Shown: in pieces, positions 28,997-39,508 of the stretch
Layout of the letters: each line of letters begins with the position of its first letter
Numbering within the stretch: the stretch's first letter is position 1
DNA from: Proteobacteria bacterium UBA4457
GTDB lineage: Bacteria; Pseudomonadota; Gammaproteobacteria; Ga0077536
Length of the DNA stretch: 64,000 nucleotides
Reading direction: 5' to 3'
Assembly: GCA_002390205.1 (NCBI GenBank)
Contig: DGOV01000019.1
Location: 11,802-75,801 of the forward strand
Made by a program: the position numbers and the translations under genes
Notes under the pieces: generated by a model
What the model was told of the DNA's origin: nothing
What the model saw: only the letters and a program-made list of their open reading frames with translations
The model's database searches: none

Positions 28997-30202
28997 TCAG
29001 ATAATTTTTTCAGCTTTTAAAACCGCAATTTCTTGCGCTGTATATCCTAGTATATCTTGCAGCACTTCCTCGTTATGCGCGCCCAATTTCGCACCTGGAA
29101 AGTCGGTTTTCCCAGGTGTTCTAGAGAGTCTCGGTATTATCGCGGGAATAGTTAGGGGCTTTCCATCTATGGACACTTCTTGGAATAGTTCTCGCGCATG
29201 ATACTGTTCATCTTCAAACATGTCCTCCACGCTGTAAATTGGTCCGGCAGCTACACCAGCGACGTCAAGTGCCTCTAAGACTTCTTTTGAGTTTAGCTGC
29301 AAGGTCCATGATTCAATGATCGTCTCAATCTCTTTTTGGTTGGCAACTCGATCAGCATTTTCAGCGAATCTCAACTCGTCGCCCATCTCTGTCTTGTCCA
29401 TGGCTTTTGCCAGTCGTTTGAACATCGAATTGGTATTAGCGCCGATAACAATATTCTTGCCATCTTTACAGCGGTGCGTATTCGTTGGAACGATTCCTGT
29501 GATTGCTGTGCCAGAGGGTTCTCTGATGATGCCAGCTCCACTATATTCAGGAATCACGGCTTCCAATAAGTTAAATAGGCCTTCAAAGATAGCTACATCA
29601 ACGACTTGTCCTTGACCATTTTTTTGTCGACCTATGTAAGCTAGCAAGACCCCGAGTGCAGCATGAATACCAGCCAGTGTGTCTCCGATACTAATATTTG
29701 GTCGGACAGGTACTTCACCAGGAAACCCGTTAACGTACCGAAATCCCCCGAATGCCTCGCATACAGATGCAAATCCAGCTTTAGATGCCGCGGGGCCAGT
29801 TTGACCATAACCTGAAATCCGAGCATATATAAGTCCGGGATTTTCTTCTTTGAAAGTGTCTGGCCCTATGCCCCATTTTTCCATTGTTCCGGGCCTGAAA
29901 TTTTCGACGAACACATCAGCGGTATTAGCGAGTTTTTTTAATACCTCTTGTCCTTTTCTAGTTTTGAGATCTAGAGTGATACATTTTTTATTCCGAGATA
30001 GACTTGCCCACCATAGTGAAGTCCCATTTCGTACTTCTCTCCAACCTCTGATCGGATCTCCCACTTTAGGAGGCTCTACTTTTATAACTTCTGCGCCAAA
30101 GTAGCCTAGTATAGTCCCCGTAAATGGCCCAGCTAGTAGTTGGCCAACTTCTATTACTCTTAAGCCAGCTAAAGGCCGGAGATCTAATTGTTCGTCGCTC
30201 AT
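28997..30202 (-). CDS. Family III CoA-transferase (CaiB/BaiF)
   Basis: LAGP, GAEVIKVE, RNKK, ENFRPG, ISGYGQTGP. Confidence 0.93.
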   Translation of the reverse strand: MSDEQLDLRPLAGLRVIEVGQLLAGPFTGTILGYFGAEVIKVEPPKVGDPIRGWREVRNGTSLWWASLSRNKKCITLDLKTRKGQEVLKKLANTADVFVENFRPGTMEKWGIGPDTFKEENPGLIYARISGYGQTGPAASKAGFASVCEAFGGFRYVNGFPGEVPVRPNISIGDTLAGIHAALGVLLAYIGRQKNGQGQVVDVAIFEGLFNLLEAVIPEYSGAGIIREPSGTAITGIVPTNTHRCKDGKNIVIGANTNSMFKRLAKAMDKTEMGDELRFAENADRVANQKEIETIIESWTLQLNSKEVLEALDVAGVAAGPIYSVEDMFEDEQYHARELFQEVSIDGKPLTIPAIIPRLSRTPGKTDFPGAKLGAHNEEVLQDILGYTAQEIAVLKAEKII

Positions 30203-30261
30203 TTATCTTTACCTTTTTATTAGTCGTAGAGAATATTTATTCTAATCAAATTTTTTTTCAT

Positions 30262-30288
30262 AAAAAAAGCCCAGCGGTTGCTGGGCTT
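30262..30288 (-). terminator. Rho-independent terminator after the PuuD-like gene
   Basis: Minus strand reads AAGCCCAGC-AACC-GCTGGGCTT followed by a T run. Confidence 0.85.
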
Positions 30289-30307
30289 AGAGTATAAACA
30301 TAAGCTC

Positions 30308-30820
30308 CTAAAAGAAGGGTAAACCATGGTTTGATGCCATCATGAACATCAACATCGGTATAGACATTGCTGTATTTGAACGGGATGCCAGAAAGGCTAC
30401 CCTTTTCGCGGCGGCTTTTTCTGCATCCGTGGCTGGAACTATGCCCAATACTTTTTTCTGATTTGGCCAAATTAAAACCCATACGTTGAATAACATGATA
30501 GTTCCTAACCAGGCACCTATTCCAATACATGTCGTTGCTAAGCTTTCTTTTCCTATACCCAAAGTCCAAGCACTATGCCCATATATAGCCATCATGTACC
30601 AGGCTCCAGTTATCCAAGTACCGAGAGCCGCATGCCTAAAATAGAGTAGGGCACGAGGCGCAACATACTTTCCAATCGCTGCCGGCCCCGGTCCATCTTT
30701 GTCTGCAGCTGCTTCTGCCATTGCAGGCACTTGAACAAAATTAAAGTAATACAAAAGGCCAATCCACAACACTCCGAAAAATATGTGAATGGCTCTATCA
30801 AGCCACAATAGTTCTTCCAT
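30308..30820 (-). CDS. Short PuuD (urate oxidase N-domain)-like membrane protein without cytochrome c domain
   Basis: H..FGVLWIGLLYYFNFVQ, APRAL..FR, IMLFNVWVLIWPNQKK, SRSNTAMSIPM. Confidence 0.8.
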   Translation of the reverse strand: MEELLWLDRAIHIFFGVLWIGLLYYFNFVQVPAMAEAAADKDGPGPAAIGKYVAPRALLYFRHAALGTWITGAWYMMAIYGHSAWTLGIGKESLATTCIGIGAWLGTIMLFNVWVLIWPNQKKVLGIVPATDAEKAAAKRVAFLASRSNTAMSIPMLMFMMASNHGLPFF

Positions 30821-30870
30821 TTTTTTAGCTCCCTAGATTTTTTATCTTTTATCTAATTCTTCTAATCTAA

Positions 30871-30966
30871 CTACATTCCTGCAATACATTTGGCAACATA
30901 AGCCAAGACAGCAGCAAGTACAAAACCAGCTATTAGTGTTCCTTTGATAGTATCGAGTGGATTCAT
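30871..30966 (-). CDS. 31-aa single-transmembrane peptide (not in ORF track)
   Basis: MNPLDTIKGTLIAGFVLAAVLAYVAKCIAGM*; AAGGAG 9 nt upstream of ATG; co-oriented with the PuuD-like gene. Confidence 0.7.
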   Translation of the reverse strand: MNPLDTIKGTLIAGFVLAAVLAYVAKCIAGM

Positions 30967-31058
30967 TCGGCATTACTCCTTATTCGACGATTACTGTGTT
31001 TCAGTCTTAAGTTCGCCACCATACTAGAAAATTTCCTCTTTCGATAGTCGAAAAAGGT

Positions 31059-31934
31059 CTATATTTGAAAATAATAGTTCGCAGATATACCTATAAAAAT
31101 AGCAAACCCGACGTAATTGTTACTTGTGAATGCCTTGAAATAGGCATTTCGAGTCCTTTCCTTTAGTTGAAGTTGTTGATGACAGAAGATTAAGGCACTT
31201 ACTACTATGGATAAGTAGAATTGCCAATGCAGGCTTGCTACGTTTCCAACCATGAAAAGCCCAAAAATCATCAGAATTTGGAGTAAGCCAATTATAAGGC
31301 GATCATCTTCACCAAATAGTATGGCTGTTGATTTAACACCTATTTTTAGATCATCGTCTCTGTCAACCATCGCATATTCAGTATCATAGATGAGGGCCCA
31401 AATGATCGTAACTATGAATATAGTCCAGCATTCACGGGGTAAGGCTGATATCTGCGCTGCGAAGCTCATAGGGATTGCCCAACCAAATGCTAAACCAAGG
31501 TGCAATTGCGGAAGATAGGTGAATCTTTTCGCATACGGATACGTGCTTGCTAAGAAGACACCGATGACGGCAAGTGTCAGAGTAAGCTCGTTAGTTTGAG
31601 AGACTAATAAAAATGAGCAACCGATAAGTGTTAAGAACACCCATACTGCGTGGCGTGACTTGAGGGTCCCGCTAGCTAAAGGCCTTGTTTGAGTGCGTGT
31701 TACATTTTTGTCATACTTTTTGTCAGCGAAATCATTTACTACACATCCAGCAGATCGCATAAAAAAAGTGCCTAAAATGAAAATAACAACGATTTTTAAG
31801 GAAGGTTGCCCATGTCCAGCGATCCAAAGAGCCCACAAAGTAGGCCATAGAAGTAGTAAAATACCGATTGGCTTGTCTAGCCTTATAAGGGCTATAAAAG
31901 GCTTTATTCTTTTTAATCCGGTCATATCAATCAA
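31059..31934 (-). CDS. ubiA: 4-hydroxybenzoate polyprenyltransferase
   Basis: RLDKPIG.LLL.WP, MRSAGC.VND.AD, RT..RPLASG, YDT.YAMVDRDDD. Confidence 0.95.
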   Translation of the reverse strand: MIDMTGLKRIKPFIALIRLDKPIGILLLLWPTLWALWIAGHGQPSLKIVVIFILGTFFMRSAGCVVNDFADKKYDKNVTRTQTRPLASGTLKSRHAVWVFLTLIGCSFLLVSQTNELTLTLAVIGVFLASTYPYAKRFTYLPQLHLGLAFGWAIPMSFAAQISALPRECWTIFIVTIIWALIYDTEYAMVDRDDDLKIGVKSTAILFGEDDRLIIGLLQILMIFGLFMVGNVASLHWQFYLSIVVSALIFCHQQLQLKERTRNAYFKAFTSNNYVGFAIFIGISANYYFQI

Positions 31935-31989
31935 CTATTGAGTCACGAGTGTATGTTATCGGGAAGGTGAAATATTACAGAGTGTTTCA

Positions 31990-34080
31990 TTATATTCGTG
32001 CGAATTCGATTTTGTGCCCAAGCCATCTTTTTTTAAGTTCTTCTACCAAGTGTGGATCGTCTGCCAGAATTTTGTCTGCCATTAATTGGATTTCATCTAT
32101 TAGGTGGATATCACGAGTTAAGTCTGCAATTTTAAAGTGCGCCGCTCCGGCTTGTCTGGTTCCTAGTAGTTCTCCAGGTCCGCGTAGCTGCATATCTCTG
32201 TCAGCGATTTCGAAGCCATCAGTGGTTGCACGGATTACCTCTAATCTTTGCTGAGCCATTTCTGTTAATGGACTTTTGTACACTAAAAGACAGCTTGATT
32301 GCTTTTCCCCACGTCCTACTCGGCCCCTTAGCTGGTGCAATTGTGCAAGCCCAAGCCGCTCGGCATTTTCTATCACCATCAGACTTGCATTTGGAACATC
32401 CACGCCTACTTCTATAACTGTTGTCGCAACTAACAAGTCACTTTTGGCCTCTGAGAAAGAGCGCATGACCTTCTCTTTTTCAAGGGACTCCATTTTCCCG
32501 TGAATCAGTCCGATTTTATAGGGAGCTAACTCTTTCGCAAGTTTTTCTGCAGTATCGATGGCAGATTGTATGTCGATTTTTTCAGATTCTGCGATCAAGG
32601 GACAGACCCAGTAAACTTGTGTTCCAGATTTGATTACAGCTGATATTCTGAAAATTATTTCTTGTCTTCTTTCCTCCGGAATTACGGCAGTTTTGATCAA
32701 TTTTCTATTCGGAGGTAAGCCTTTTATCGTCGATATATCTAGATCTGCATATACCGCCATTGCCAAGGTCCGAGGAATTGGTGTCGCTGTCATGATAAGT
32801 TGATGAGGCCGGAAGCCTTGAGTTGCGCCTTTACCCATTAGCGCTAGTCGTTGTTCGACGCCAAATCGATGCTGTTCATCTACCACTATAAGACCTAGGT
32901 TGTTGTACCTTACCTCCTTCTGGAACAGAGCGTGAGTACCAATGACAATAGATGCAGGTGAGCTTTTGATGTCGAGGAGTATTTTCTTTCTATTTACCGC
33001 AGTGAGTTTAGAGGTTAAGAGAAAGACTTTAGTCTTCATTTCCTTGAACCAGGCCATCATAGTTTGGTAGTGCTGTTCAGCGAGAAGCTCTGTGGGAGCC
33101 ATGAAAGCAGCTTGATGACCAGAATCTATTATATTTGCAACAACCATAGCCGCTACCACGGTTTTCCCTGAGCCTACGTCTCCTTGAAGTAGCCTTAGCA
33201 TTGGAAAACCACTTTCTAAGTCATGATTTATTTCTTTAATCACTTTTAGCTGCGATTCCGTGAGGTCGAAAGGCAATAGGTCATTTAATTTCGTTTGAAG
33301 CATACTTTTTTTGGTTTTTGGCGCTAGATATGTTCTAGAATTCTTTCTGAGAGTTTTTAGGCTAAGTTGGTAGGCTAGTAGTTCTTCGAAAATAAGCCTA
33401 CGTTGCGCAGGGTGGGTTCCTTCGATTACAGTTGCTGTGTTTTCATCAGCGGCTGGATAATGAATTTGACGTAACGAATCAACTAGAGATGGTAATCCTA
33501 AATGCGTTAATAAATTTTTTGGGATGAGGTCAGTGACTCTTTTGCTCGATGTCTTAGAGAGAATTACGAATGCTTGATTCAATAGTGAGCGCAGGCGCGT
33601 TTGGTGTAATCCATCGGTCGTTGGATATATGGGAGTGAGATATCTTTCGAGCTCGGGTGGCTCATTATTATCGATCACTTTGCATTCAGGGTGAATCATT
33701 TCTAGCCCATGCCGCCCCAAATGAGGACTACCGAAGCACCTGACTGAGCTGCCCTTGGAGAGTCTCATTTGTTGCGATCGATTGAAGAAAAAAAATCGTA
33801 TTTGGATCGAGGAAGTTACATCAGAAATCCGGCAAATAAGCGCGCGCCTACCTTGGAAAATCACCCTTGAGTCCTCAATTACACCCTCAATAAGAGCTTT
33901 TCTCCTGGGTATGATTTCGTGTATCGGCGTTAACCTAGTCCTATCTTCATATCGTATTGGCAAGTGGAAAAGGATATCGCTAATTACCTTGACACCTATG
34001 CTACAGAGTTTTTTCTGTAACACTTGTCCTACGCCATTTAGCTTATCAGTAGAATCCCCAAGAGTTACTTCTGCTTTCAT
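31990..34080 (-). CDS. recG: ATP-dependent DNA helicase RecG
   Basis: QGDVGSGKT, DEQHRFG, TATPIPR, QLHQLRGRVGRG. Confidence 0.97.
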   Translation of the reverse strand: MKAEVTLGDSTDKLNGVGQVLQKKLCSIGVKVISDILFHLPIRYEDRTRLTPIHEIIPRRKALIEGVIEDSRVIFQGRRALICRISDVTSSIQIRFFFFNRSQQMRLSKGSSVRCFGSPHLGRHGLEMIHPECKVIDNNEPPELERYLTPIYPTTDGLHQTRLRSLLNQAFVILSKTSSKRVTDLIPKNLLTHLGLPSLVDSLRQIHYPAADENTATVIEGTHPAQRRLIFEELLAYQLSLKTLRKNSRTYLAPKTKKSMLQTKLNDLLPFDLTESQLKVIKEINHDLESGFPMLRLLQGDVGSGKTVVAAMVVANIIDSGHQAAFMAPTELLAEQHYQTMMAWFKEMKTKVFLLTSKLTAVNRKKILLDIKSSPASIVIGTHALFQKEVRYNNLGLIVVDEQHRFGVEQRLALMGKGATQGFRPHQLIMTATPIPRTLAMAVYADLDISTIKGLPPNRKLIKTAVIPEERRQEIIFRISAVIKSGTQVYWVCPLIAESEKIDIQSAIDTAEKLAKELAPYKIGLIHGKMESLEKEKVMRSFSEAKSDLLVATTVIEVGVDVPNASLMVIENAERLGLAQLHQLRGRVGRGEKQSSCLLVYKSPLTEMAQQRLEVIRATTDGFEIADRDMQLRGPGELLGTRQAGAAHFKIADLTRDIHLIDEIQLMADKILADDPHLVEELKKRWLGHKIEFARI

Positions 34081-34088
34081 CGATTACC

Positions 34089-34487
34089 TTAAGTTGATGC
34101 TGGCTCTCGAATCGCAATTATTGCATCTATCTCGACATCGACATCACGTGGAAGTCTTGATACCTCTATTGCAGCGCGGGCAGGAAAAGGGGTGATGAAT
34201 AGCTCTTCCATGATTTCGTTTACATGTTTGAAATTCTCCAAGTCAGACAAATAAACATTGAGTTTTATGCAGTTCGCTAGCGTAGTATTCGCAGCGATGG
34301 CGATCGCATTTATGTTATCGAACACCTGTTTTATTTGACTTTGAAATCCCCCATTAATCACTTTCATAGATTTCGGATCTAAAGGGATTTGACCTGAAAC
34401 ATAAAGAACGCCTTGATGCGCAGTGGCCTGTGAATATGCACCTATTGCGGCAGGAGCTTCTTTTGTTTTTATATGAGAGACATTCAT
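34089..34487 (-). CDS. RidA family imine deaminase
   Basis: APAAIGAYSQ, SGQIP, PARAAIEV..LP; between spoT and recG. Confidence 0.92.
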   Translation of the reverse strand: MNVSHIKTKEAPAAIGAYSQATAHQGVLYVSGQIPLDPKSMKVINGGFQSQIKQVFDNINAIAIAANTTLANCIKLNVYLSDLENFKHVNEIMEELFITPFPARAAIEVSRLPRDVDVEIDAIIAIREPAST

Positions 34488-34511
34488 TGTCGTCTTCCTT
34501 GAGGATAGAAT

Positions 34512-36692
34512 TTATTTTCGTTTTCTATTGACGCGGACTATTGGTTTACTGTTCCTCAGCACACGAATAATATCAGCTAAATGTTTTCGGTCGCTTACTC
34601 CTATCGTGAGTCTTATTTTTGAGATCTGATCATCTAGCTCACTCATTTCCACGCCCTCAATATTAGCTCCTTTTGCCGCACATTTTGCTGCGATTGTTGC
34701 CAGGACACCCCGTTCGTTAACAACATCAAGGATAATTTCTGCGCTAAATTCTCTATTTAGAGCCGATGCCCACTGCACGTCAACCCATTTATCGGGAGCG
34801 CTACGATATTCGATAACATTTTTACATGAGGGATGATGAATCACGATTCCTCTACCTGTAGTAATAAGTCCAATGATCGGATCCCCTGGGATCGGTCTAC
34901 AGCATTTTGGGATGGTCACTACCATTCCTTCGGTCCCATGAATAATCAGCGGACCCAAGCCTGAGTCCTTTTTAGGTGATGTTTCAAGAGCGGTGCTCTC
35001 CTCACCTCCTAGTGCTCTGGCTACGATAGGTGCAGGTCTCGAGCCAAGACCTATATCTATTAATAAGCTATTTAGATCGGATAATTTAAAGGATGTTAAA
35101 ACTGTATTTAGATGGGTTTTTTCTACCTCGTCTATCGATAATCCAAAACGGGCTAATTCTCTATTCAACAACCTTTTACCAAGAATTTGAGCCTCATCTG
35201 CTTGGAGGTTTTTAAGAGAATGATGGATGCTGGTCCGTGCTTTAGCGGTCACAACAAAGTTAAGCCACGCGGGATTGGGATGAGAACCAGATGATATTAG
35301 GACTTCCACACTATCACCGGTGTTCAGTTGAGTTCCTAAAGGAACTAATCGTCGGTTAATTCTGCAGCCCACCGCCGAGTTACCAAGAGCTGTGTGAATT
35401 GCATAAGCAAAATCTACTGCTGTAGCACCCTTAGGAAGTTTCATGATCGCTCCTTTAGGAGTGAAGACATAAACTTCGTCTGGGAAAAGATTTACCCGAA
35501 CGTTCTCAAGAAACTCCTGAGAATCGGTGGTGTGACTCTGCATTTCAATGACGCTATGAAGCCAGTCCCGTGCTCTCTTATGCGCCGCTTTTGATTCAGT
35601 TTCTCCCATCTTATATGTCCAGTGGGCAGCAATACCTACTTCAGCGACTTGATCCATCTCGTTGGTACGTATTTGAACCTCTAGTGGCGCTCCAAAAGGT
35701 CCAAACAAGACTGTGTGAAGAGATTGATATCCATTTGATTTAGGGATTGCAATATAGTCCTTGAAAGTATCTGGAACAGGTTTATATAAGCCATGCACTA
35801 CACCAAGAGCTCGGTAGCATGTATCTACCGAGTCAACAACGATTCGAAATGCATAAACATCGCGTACTTCTGAAAAATGTAGTCGTTTTTCACGCATTTT
35901 TTTGTAGATGCTATAGAGGTGTTTCTCTCTACCTACGACGTATGCTACTAAGCTTTCCTGGCGCAGTCGACGAGTAATCCGACTTCTAATCTTCGCCACG
36001 ACTTCTTTACGGTTACCCCTAACTTTTTGTATTACTCTTGCAATGACGTCATGCCTAAGAGGATAAAGTGATTTAAACCCAAGTTCTTCCAGCTCCAGGC
36101 GCATCGCATTCATTCCTAACCGCTGAGCTATAGGCGCATATATCTGTAGTGTTTCTCTTGCTATTCGTCGTCTTTTTTCGGGGCTTAAGGCGCTAATTGT
36201 TCGCATGTTATGCAGTCGATCGGCAAGCTTTACCAGAATAACTCTTATATCGTCTGCCATTGCTAGGAGCATCTTTTGAAAGTTTTTAGCCTGAGCTTCT
36301 GCCTGTGACTCAAACTCTATATGCGTTAGTTTGCTGAGGCCATCAACAATATGAGCAACTTCTGACCCAAACTCCTCTAGAATAATTGGTTTTGCAATGG
36401 AAGTATCTTCTATAACGTCATGCAGCATGGCGGCTATAAGTGTTTCATGGTCCATGTGCATTTGGGCTAAGATATGCGCGACTGAGAGAGGGTGCTGTAT
36501 ATACGGTTCTCCGCTCTGTCTCTTTTGACCTTCGTGAGCGGAAGAGCTGAACTTATATGCGAGACGCACTTCTCTCACCTGTTCTGCGCTAAGGTACGAA
36601 CGTGCTAGACGACAAAGACTTTCTATACGTTTGTTAGGTGATTCTAATTTAATTACGTCAACTTGTTCTTTTCTCACCGATGGACGCACCAC
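34512..36692 (-). CDS. spoT: (p)ppGpp synthase/hydrolase SpoT
   Basis: LHDVIED HD motif, KLADRLHNMRT, YQSLHT, TGS and ACT domains; follows rpoZ. Confidence 0.96.
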   Translation of the reverse strand: MVRPSVRKEQVDVIKLESPNKRIESLCRLARSYLSAEQVREVRLAYKFSSSAHEGQKRQSGEPYIQHPLSVAHILAQMHMDHETLIAAMLHDVIEDTSIAKPIILEEFGSEVAHIVDGLSKLTHIEFESQAEAQAKNFQKMLLAMADDIRVILVKLADRLHNMRTISALSPEKRRRIARETLQIYAPIAQRLGMNAMRLELEELGFKSLYPLRHDVIARVIQKVRGNRKEVVAKIRSRITRRLRQESLVAYVVGREKHLYSIYKKMREKRLHFSEVRDVYAFRIVVDSVDTCYRALGVVHGLYKPVPDTFKDYIAIPKSNGYQSLHTVLFGPFGAPLEVQIRTNEMDQVAEVGIAAHWTYKMGETESKAAHKRARDWLHSVIEMQSHTTDSQEFLENVRVNLFPDEVYVFTPKGAIMKLPKGATAVDFAYAIHTALGNSAVGCRINRRLVPLGTQLNTGDSVEVLISSGSHPNPAWLNFVVTAKARTSIHHSLKNLQADEAQILGKRLLNRELARFGLSIDEVEKTHLNTVLTSFKLSDLNSLLIDIGLGSRPAPIVARALGGEESTALETSPKKDSGLGPLIIHGTEGMVVTIPKCCRPIPGDPIIGLITTGRGIVIHHPSCKNVIEYRSAPDKWVDVQWASALNREFSAEIILDVVNERGVLATIAAKCAAKGANIEGVEMSELDDQISKIRLTIGVSDRKHLADIIRVLRNSKPIVRVNRKRK

Positions 36693-36767
36693 TTAACCAC
36701 GACAGTTATTAGTGTTTTTTATAAGCATCCATTCAACCAAGTCATATCTGATTAAAATATAGGTGTT

Positions 36768-37079
36768 CTAAAAACTTTCGCCTGCAGCAGGTTTTTCGAC
36801 GCTTTGCGCGGCTTCATCAGTTTTTGATTCCGCAAATTCTAATGCTGCCTCATACTCTTCTGCCTGCTTTTCTTTCGCATCTATCTCGTCGAGTATTTTT
36901 GCATTCATTACACCCGCCGCAATTTCTCTTAAGGCAAGTACGGTAGGTTTATCATTCTCTTCATCCACCAGTGGTTTGGAGCCTAGTGCTATCTGTCTGG
37001 CGCGTCGACTGGCCACCAAGACCAAGTCAAATCGATTCTCAACAGCAGGTAAGCAATCTTCAACGGTTACGCGTGCCAT
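36768..37079 (-). CDS. rpoZ: RNA polymerase omega subunit
   Basis: [32 protein letters not shown]. Confidence 0.97.
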   Translation of the reverse strand: MARVTVEDCLPAVENRFDLVLVASRRARQIALGSKPLVDEENDKPTVLALREIAAGVMNAKILDEIDAKEKQAEEYEAALEFAESKTDEAAQSVEKPAAGESF

Positions 37080-37142
37080 AATTCTATTATCCTAAAATAG
37101 GGTTATTGATACAATACTACTCACTATTATAGCAAACATAGC

Positions 37143-37775
37143 CTAGTTGGGTACGAGTTCGGCTAGAAGTTTTTCTAAACGTATTTTTTGGATCGAATTG
37201 CGTAATTTATGAGCACATATAATAGAGGTTAATTGTAGGCATGCTTTTGAGAAGTCCTCATTGACAATTAGATAATCATATTCGTGATAGTGGGACATTT
37301 CGTTGATTGCGTCACGCATTCTGCGAATGACAGTTTCTTTCTTATCCCCTCTTTTTTGCAACCTTCTATTCAATTCTTCTAGTGACGGTGGGAGGATAAA
37401 CACTGAGCTAACGTCAAATTCAGATTGCTTTATTAGTCGAGCTCCTTGCCAGTCTATTTCAAGAATTACATCTAACCCTGCTGCTAAGGTTTTTTTAACT
37501 TCAACTTTCGAAGTACCATAAAGGTTATCAAATACTTTGGCTTCCTCTAGGAAATCAGAGTTCCTCGACATTTTCAGGAAAGTCTCATTACTTATAAAAT
37601 GATAGTCAACACCATCAATCTCTCCTGCTCGCGGCTGACGAGTGGTATGTGATATTGACATTCGTACATTGTTTTTATCGTCGCTGATTTTTTTGATAAT
37701 GCTGGTTTTCCCGGCACCTGATGGCGCAGACACTACAAATAGCTGACCAAAGGAGGAACTTTCACTACTCGACAT
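37143..37775 (-). CDS. gmk: Guanylate kinase
   Basis: APSGAGKT, SHTTR, EIDGVDYHF, EIDWQGA. Confidence 0.97.
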   Translation of the reverse strand: MSSSESSSFGQLFVVSAPSGAGKTSIIKKISDDKNNVRMSISHTTRQPRAGEIDGVDYHFISNETFLKMSRNSDFLEEAKVFDNLYGTSKVEVKKTLAAGLDVILEIDWQGARLIKQSEFDVSSVFILPPSLEELNRRLQKRGDKKETVIRRMRDAINEMSHYHEYDYLIVNEDFSKACLQLTSIICAHKLRNSIQKIRLEKLLAELVPN

Positions 37776-38634
37776 TTTGCACCTGTTCCCTGACTTGTTC
37801 TATGAGAACCTTAAGTTCTATGGATGCACTAGTTGTATCTACATGCACCGATTTCGAGCCTATCGTGTTGGCTTCTCTATTCAATTCTTGCATTAAGAAA
37901 TCCAGCCTCCTTCCTATGGGCTCCTGGCGGTCGAATACAGAGCGGGTCTCTTGAATATGCATAGAGAGTCTATCTACCTCTTCCTTAATATCAAGCTTAC
38001 TAATTAGTATTGCGCTCTCTTGTTCTACTCGACCCTGATCAAGTTCTGTACCCAGCTCCGAGAGCCTAGCCTCGTGACGTTTAGTTATAGATCTTATTAT
38101 ATCTGGGATCCTCTCTTCTATATAAGATACTTGCGCTGCCATCTTAGTGAGTTGTTTTTTTATAATAGATTCAAGCTTTTTCCCTTCGTTTGCGCGACTG
38201 ATTGCGAACTGTTCTAAGGTCCGGTCAAAATTCGTCAAAAGGTAAGACACTATACTATTCGTTAGGGGCTCGAAGTCGTTTACGACTCCCGGCCATGCGA
38301 GTATCTCTAGGGGGCTTACATTTTGGGAGGGCGTTGTCATTAGTGCACGCACCCGTTCTATGGCACATAGAAGAGATTTTGCAGCATTTTCATTAATATG
38401 AGTGGTCTCAGTACCTCCCTTTATTGGAGAAACTCTTAAAGTACAATCTATTTTTCCTCTTTTTGCTACAGTGCCAATACCTTCTCGCGCCTTACTCTCA
38501 ACGGTTCGGTGATCTTCTGGGACACGAATAGCTATATCGCAGAACCGGTGGTTTACGGATTTGATCTCCCATGAGCCACAAATGTCAGCATTTTCAAAGT
38601 CTGTCCTAGCGAAAGACGTCATACTATTTGTCAA
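37765..38634 (-). CDS. yicC: YicC family endoribonuclease
   Basis: SMTSF, SVNHR, EEVDRL, GRRLDFLMQELNREANTIGSK, REQVQNVE. Confidence 0.95.
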   Translation of the reverse strand: MTNSMTSFARTDFENADICGSWEIKSVNHRFCDIAIRVPEDHRTVESKAREGIGTVAKRGKIDCTLRVSPIKGGTETTHINENAAKSLLCAIERVRALMTTPSQNVSPLEILAWPGVVNDFEPLTNSIVSYLLTNFDRTLEQFAISRANEGKKLESIIKKQLTKMAAQVSYIEERIPDIIRSITKRHEARLSELGTELDQGRVEQESAILISKLDIKEEVDRLSMHIQETRSVFDRQEPIGRRLDFLMQELNREANTIGSKSVHVDTTSASIELKVLIEQVREQVQNVE

Positions 38635-38788
38635 AAGATCTTCTCCCTGCAGTTTTCATGCTGTACACAACTGCATTCGTCGGTTATGTGGAGGGATTAC
38701 AGAGATCCCGTTTTTATTAGATATAATAGCCACCGTTACCTTAAACCTGAAGCTATAATAGAGTTTTATAAAATTAGAGAGATTCGCT

Positions 38789-39508
38789 ATGACTACAAGA
38801 CCTAGTGGCCGGGCGGCCAATGAAATGCGAGAAGTCGTTTTTACTCGCAATTATACGTGCCATGCGGAGGGCTCTGTCTTAGTCGAGTTTGGGAATACCA
38901 AAGTGCTTTGTAACGCCAGTGTAGAAAAGCGAGTGCCGTCTTTTTTGAAGGGGACAGGCTCCGGCTGGATAACGGCGGAGTATGGGATGTTGCCACGTTC
39001 TACTGATTCGCGAATGCGTCGAGAGGCGAGCGCTGGGAAACAAAGTGGACGGACTATGGAGATCCAGAGACTTATCGGACGTTCACTACGCTCGGTTGTC
39101 GATTTGCACGCGCTGGGAGAAATGACTATTACCTTAGACTGTGACGTCTTACAGGCAGATGGGGGCACTCGCACAGCATCAATAACCGGTGCATTTGTCG
39201 CTCTCTCAGATGCCATAGATAGTTTACTCGCATCCCGAAAACTGAAGAAAAACCCTATTCATGGCTCCATCGCCTCGGTGTCTGTTGGTATTTTTGAAGG
39301 GCTGCCAGTTATTGACTTAGATTATGCCGAAGATTCGAACGCAGAAACAGATATGAATGTTGTGATGAATGACGCAGGACATTTTGTTGAAGTCCAAGGG
39401 ACAGCTGAAGGACATGCGTTTAGACGCGACGAGATGGATGCAATGCTCGACTTGGCGGCCAGCGGGATCAAAGATCTTCTTGAGCTGCAAGCAGCTTCTC
39501 GGCGTTGA
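38789..39508 (+). CDS. rph: Ribonuclease PH
   Basis: [41 protein letters not shown]. Confidence 0.97.
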   Translation: MTTRPSGRAANEMREVVFTRNYTCHAEGSVLVEFGNTKVLCNASVEKRVPSFLKGTGSGWITAEYGMLPRSTDSRMRREASAGKQSGRTMEIQRLIGRSLRSVVDLHALGEMTITLDCDVLQADGGTRTASITGAFVALSDAIDSLLASRKLKKNPIHGSIASVSVGIFEGLPVIDLDYAEDSNAETDMNVVMNDAGHFVEVQGTAEGHAFRRDEMDAMLDLAASGIKDLLELQAASRR

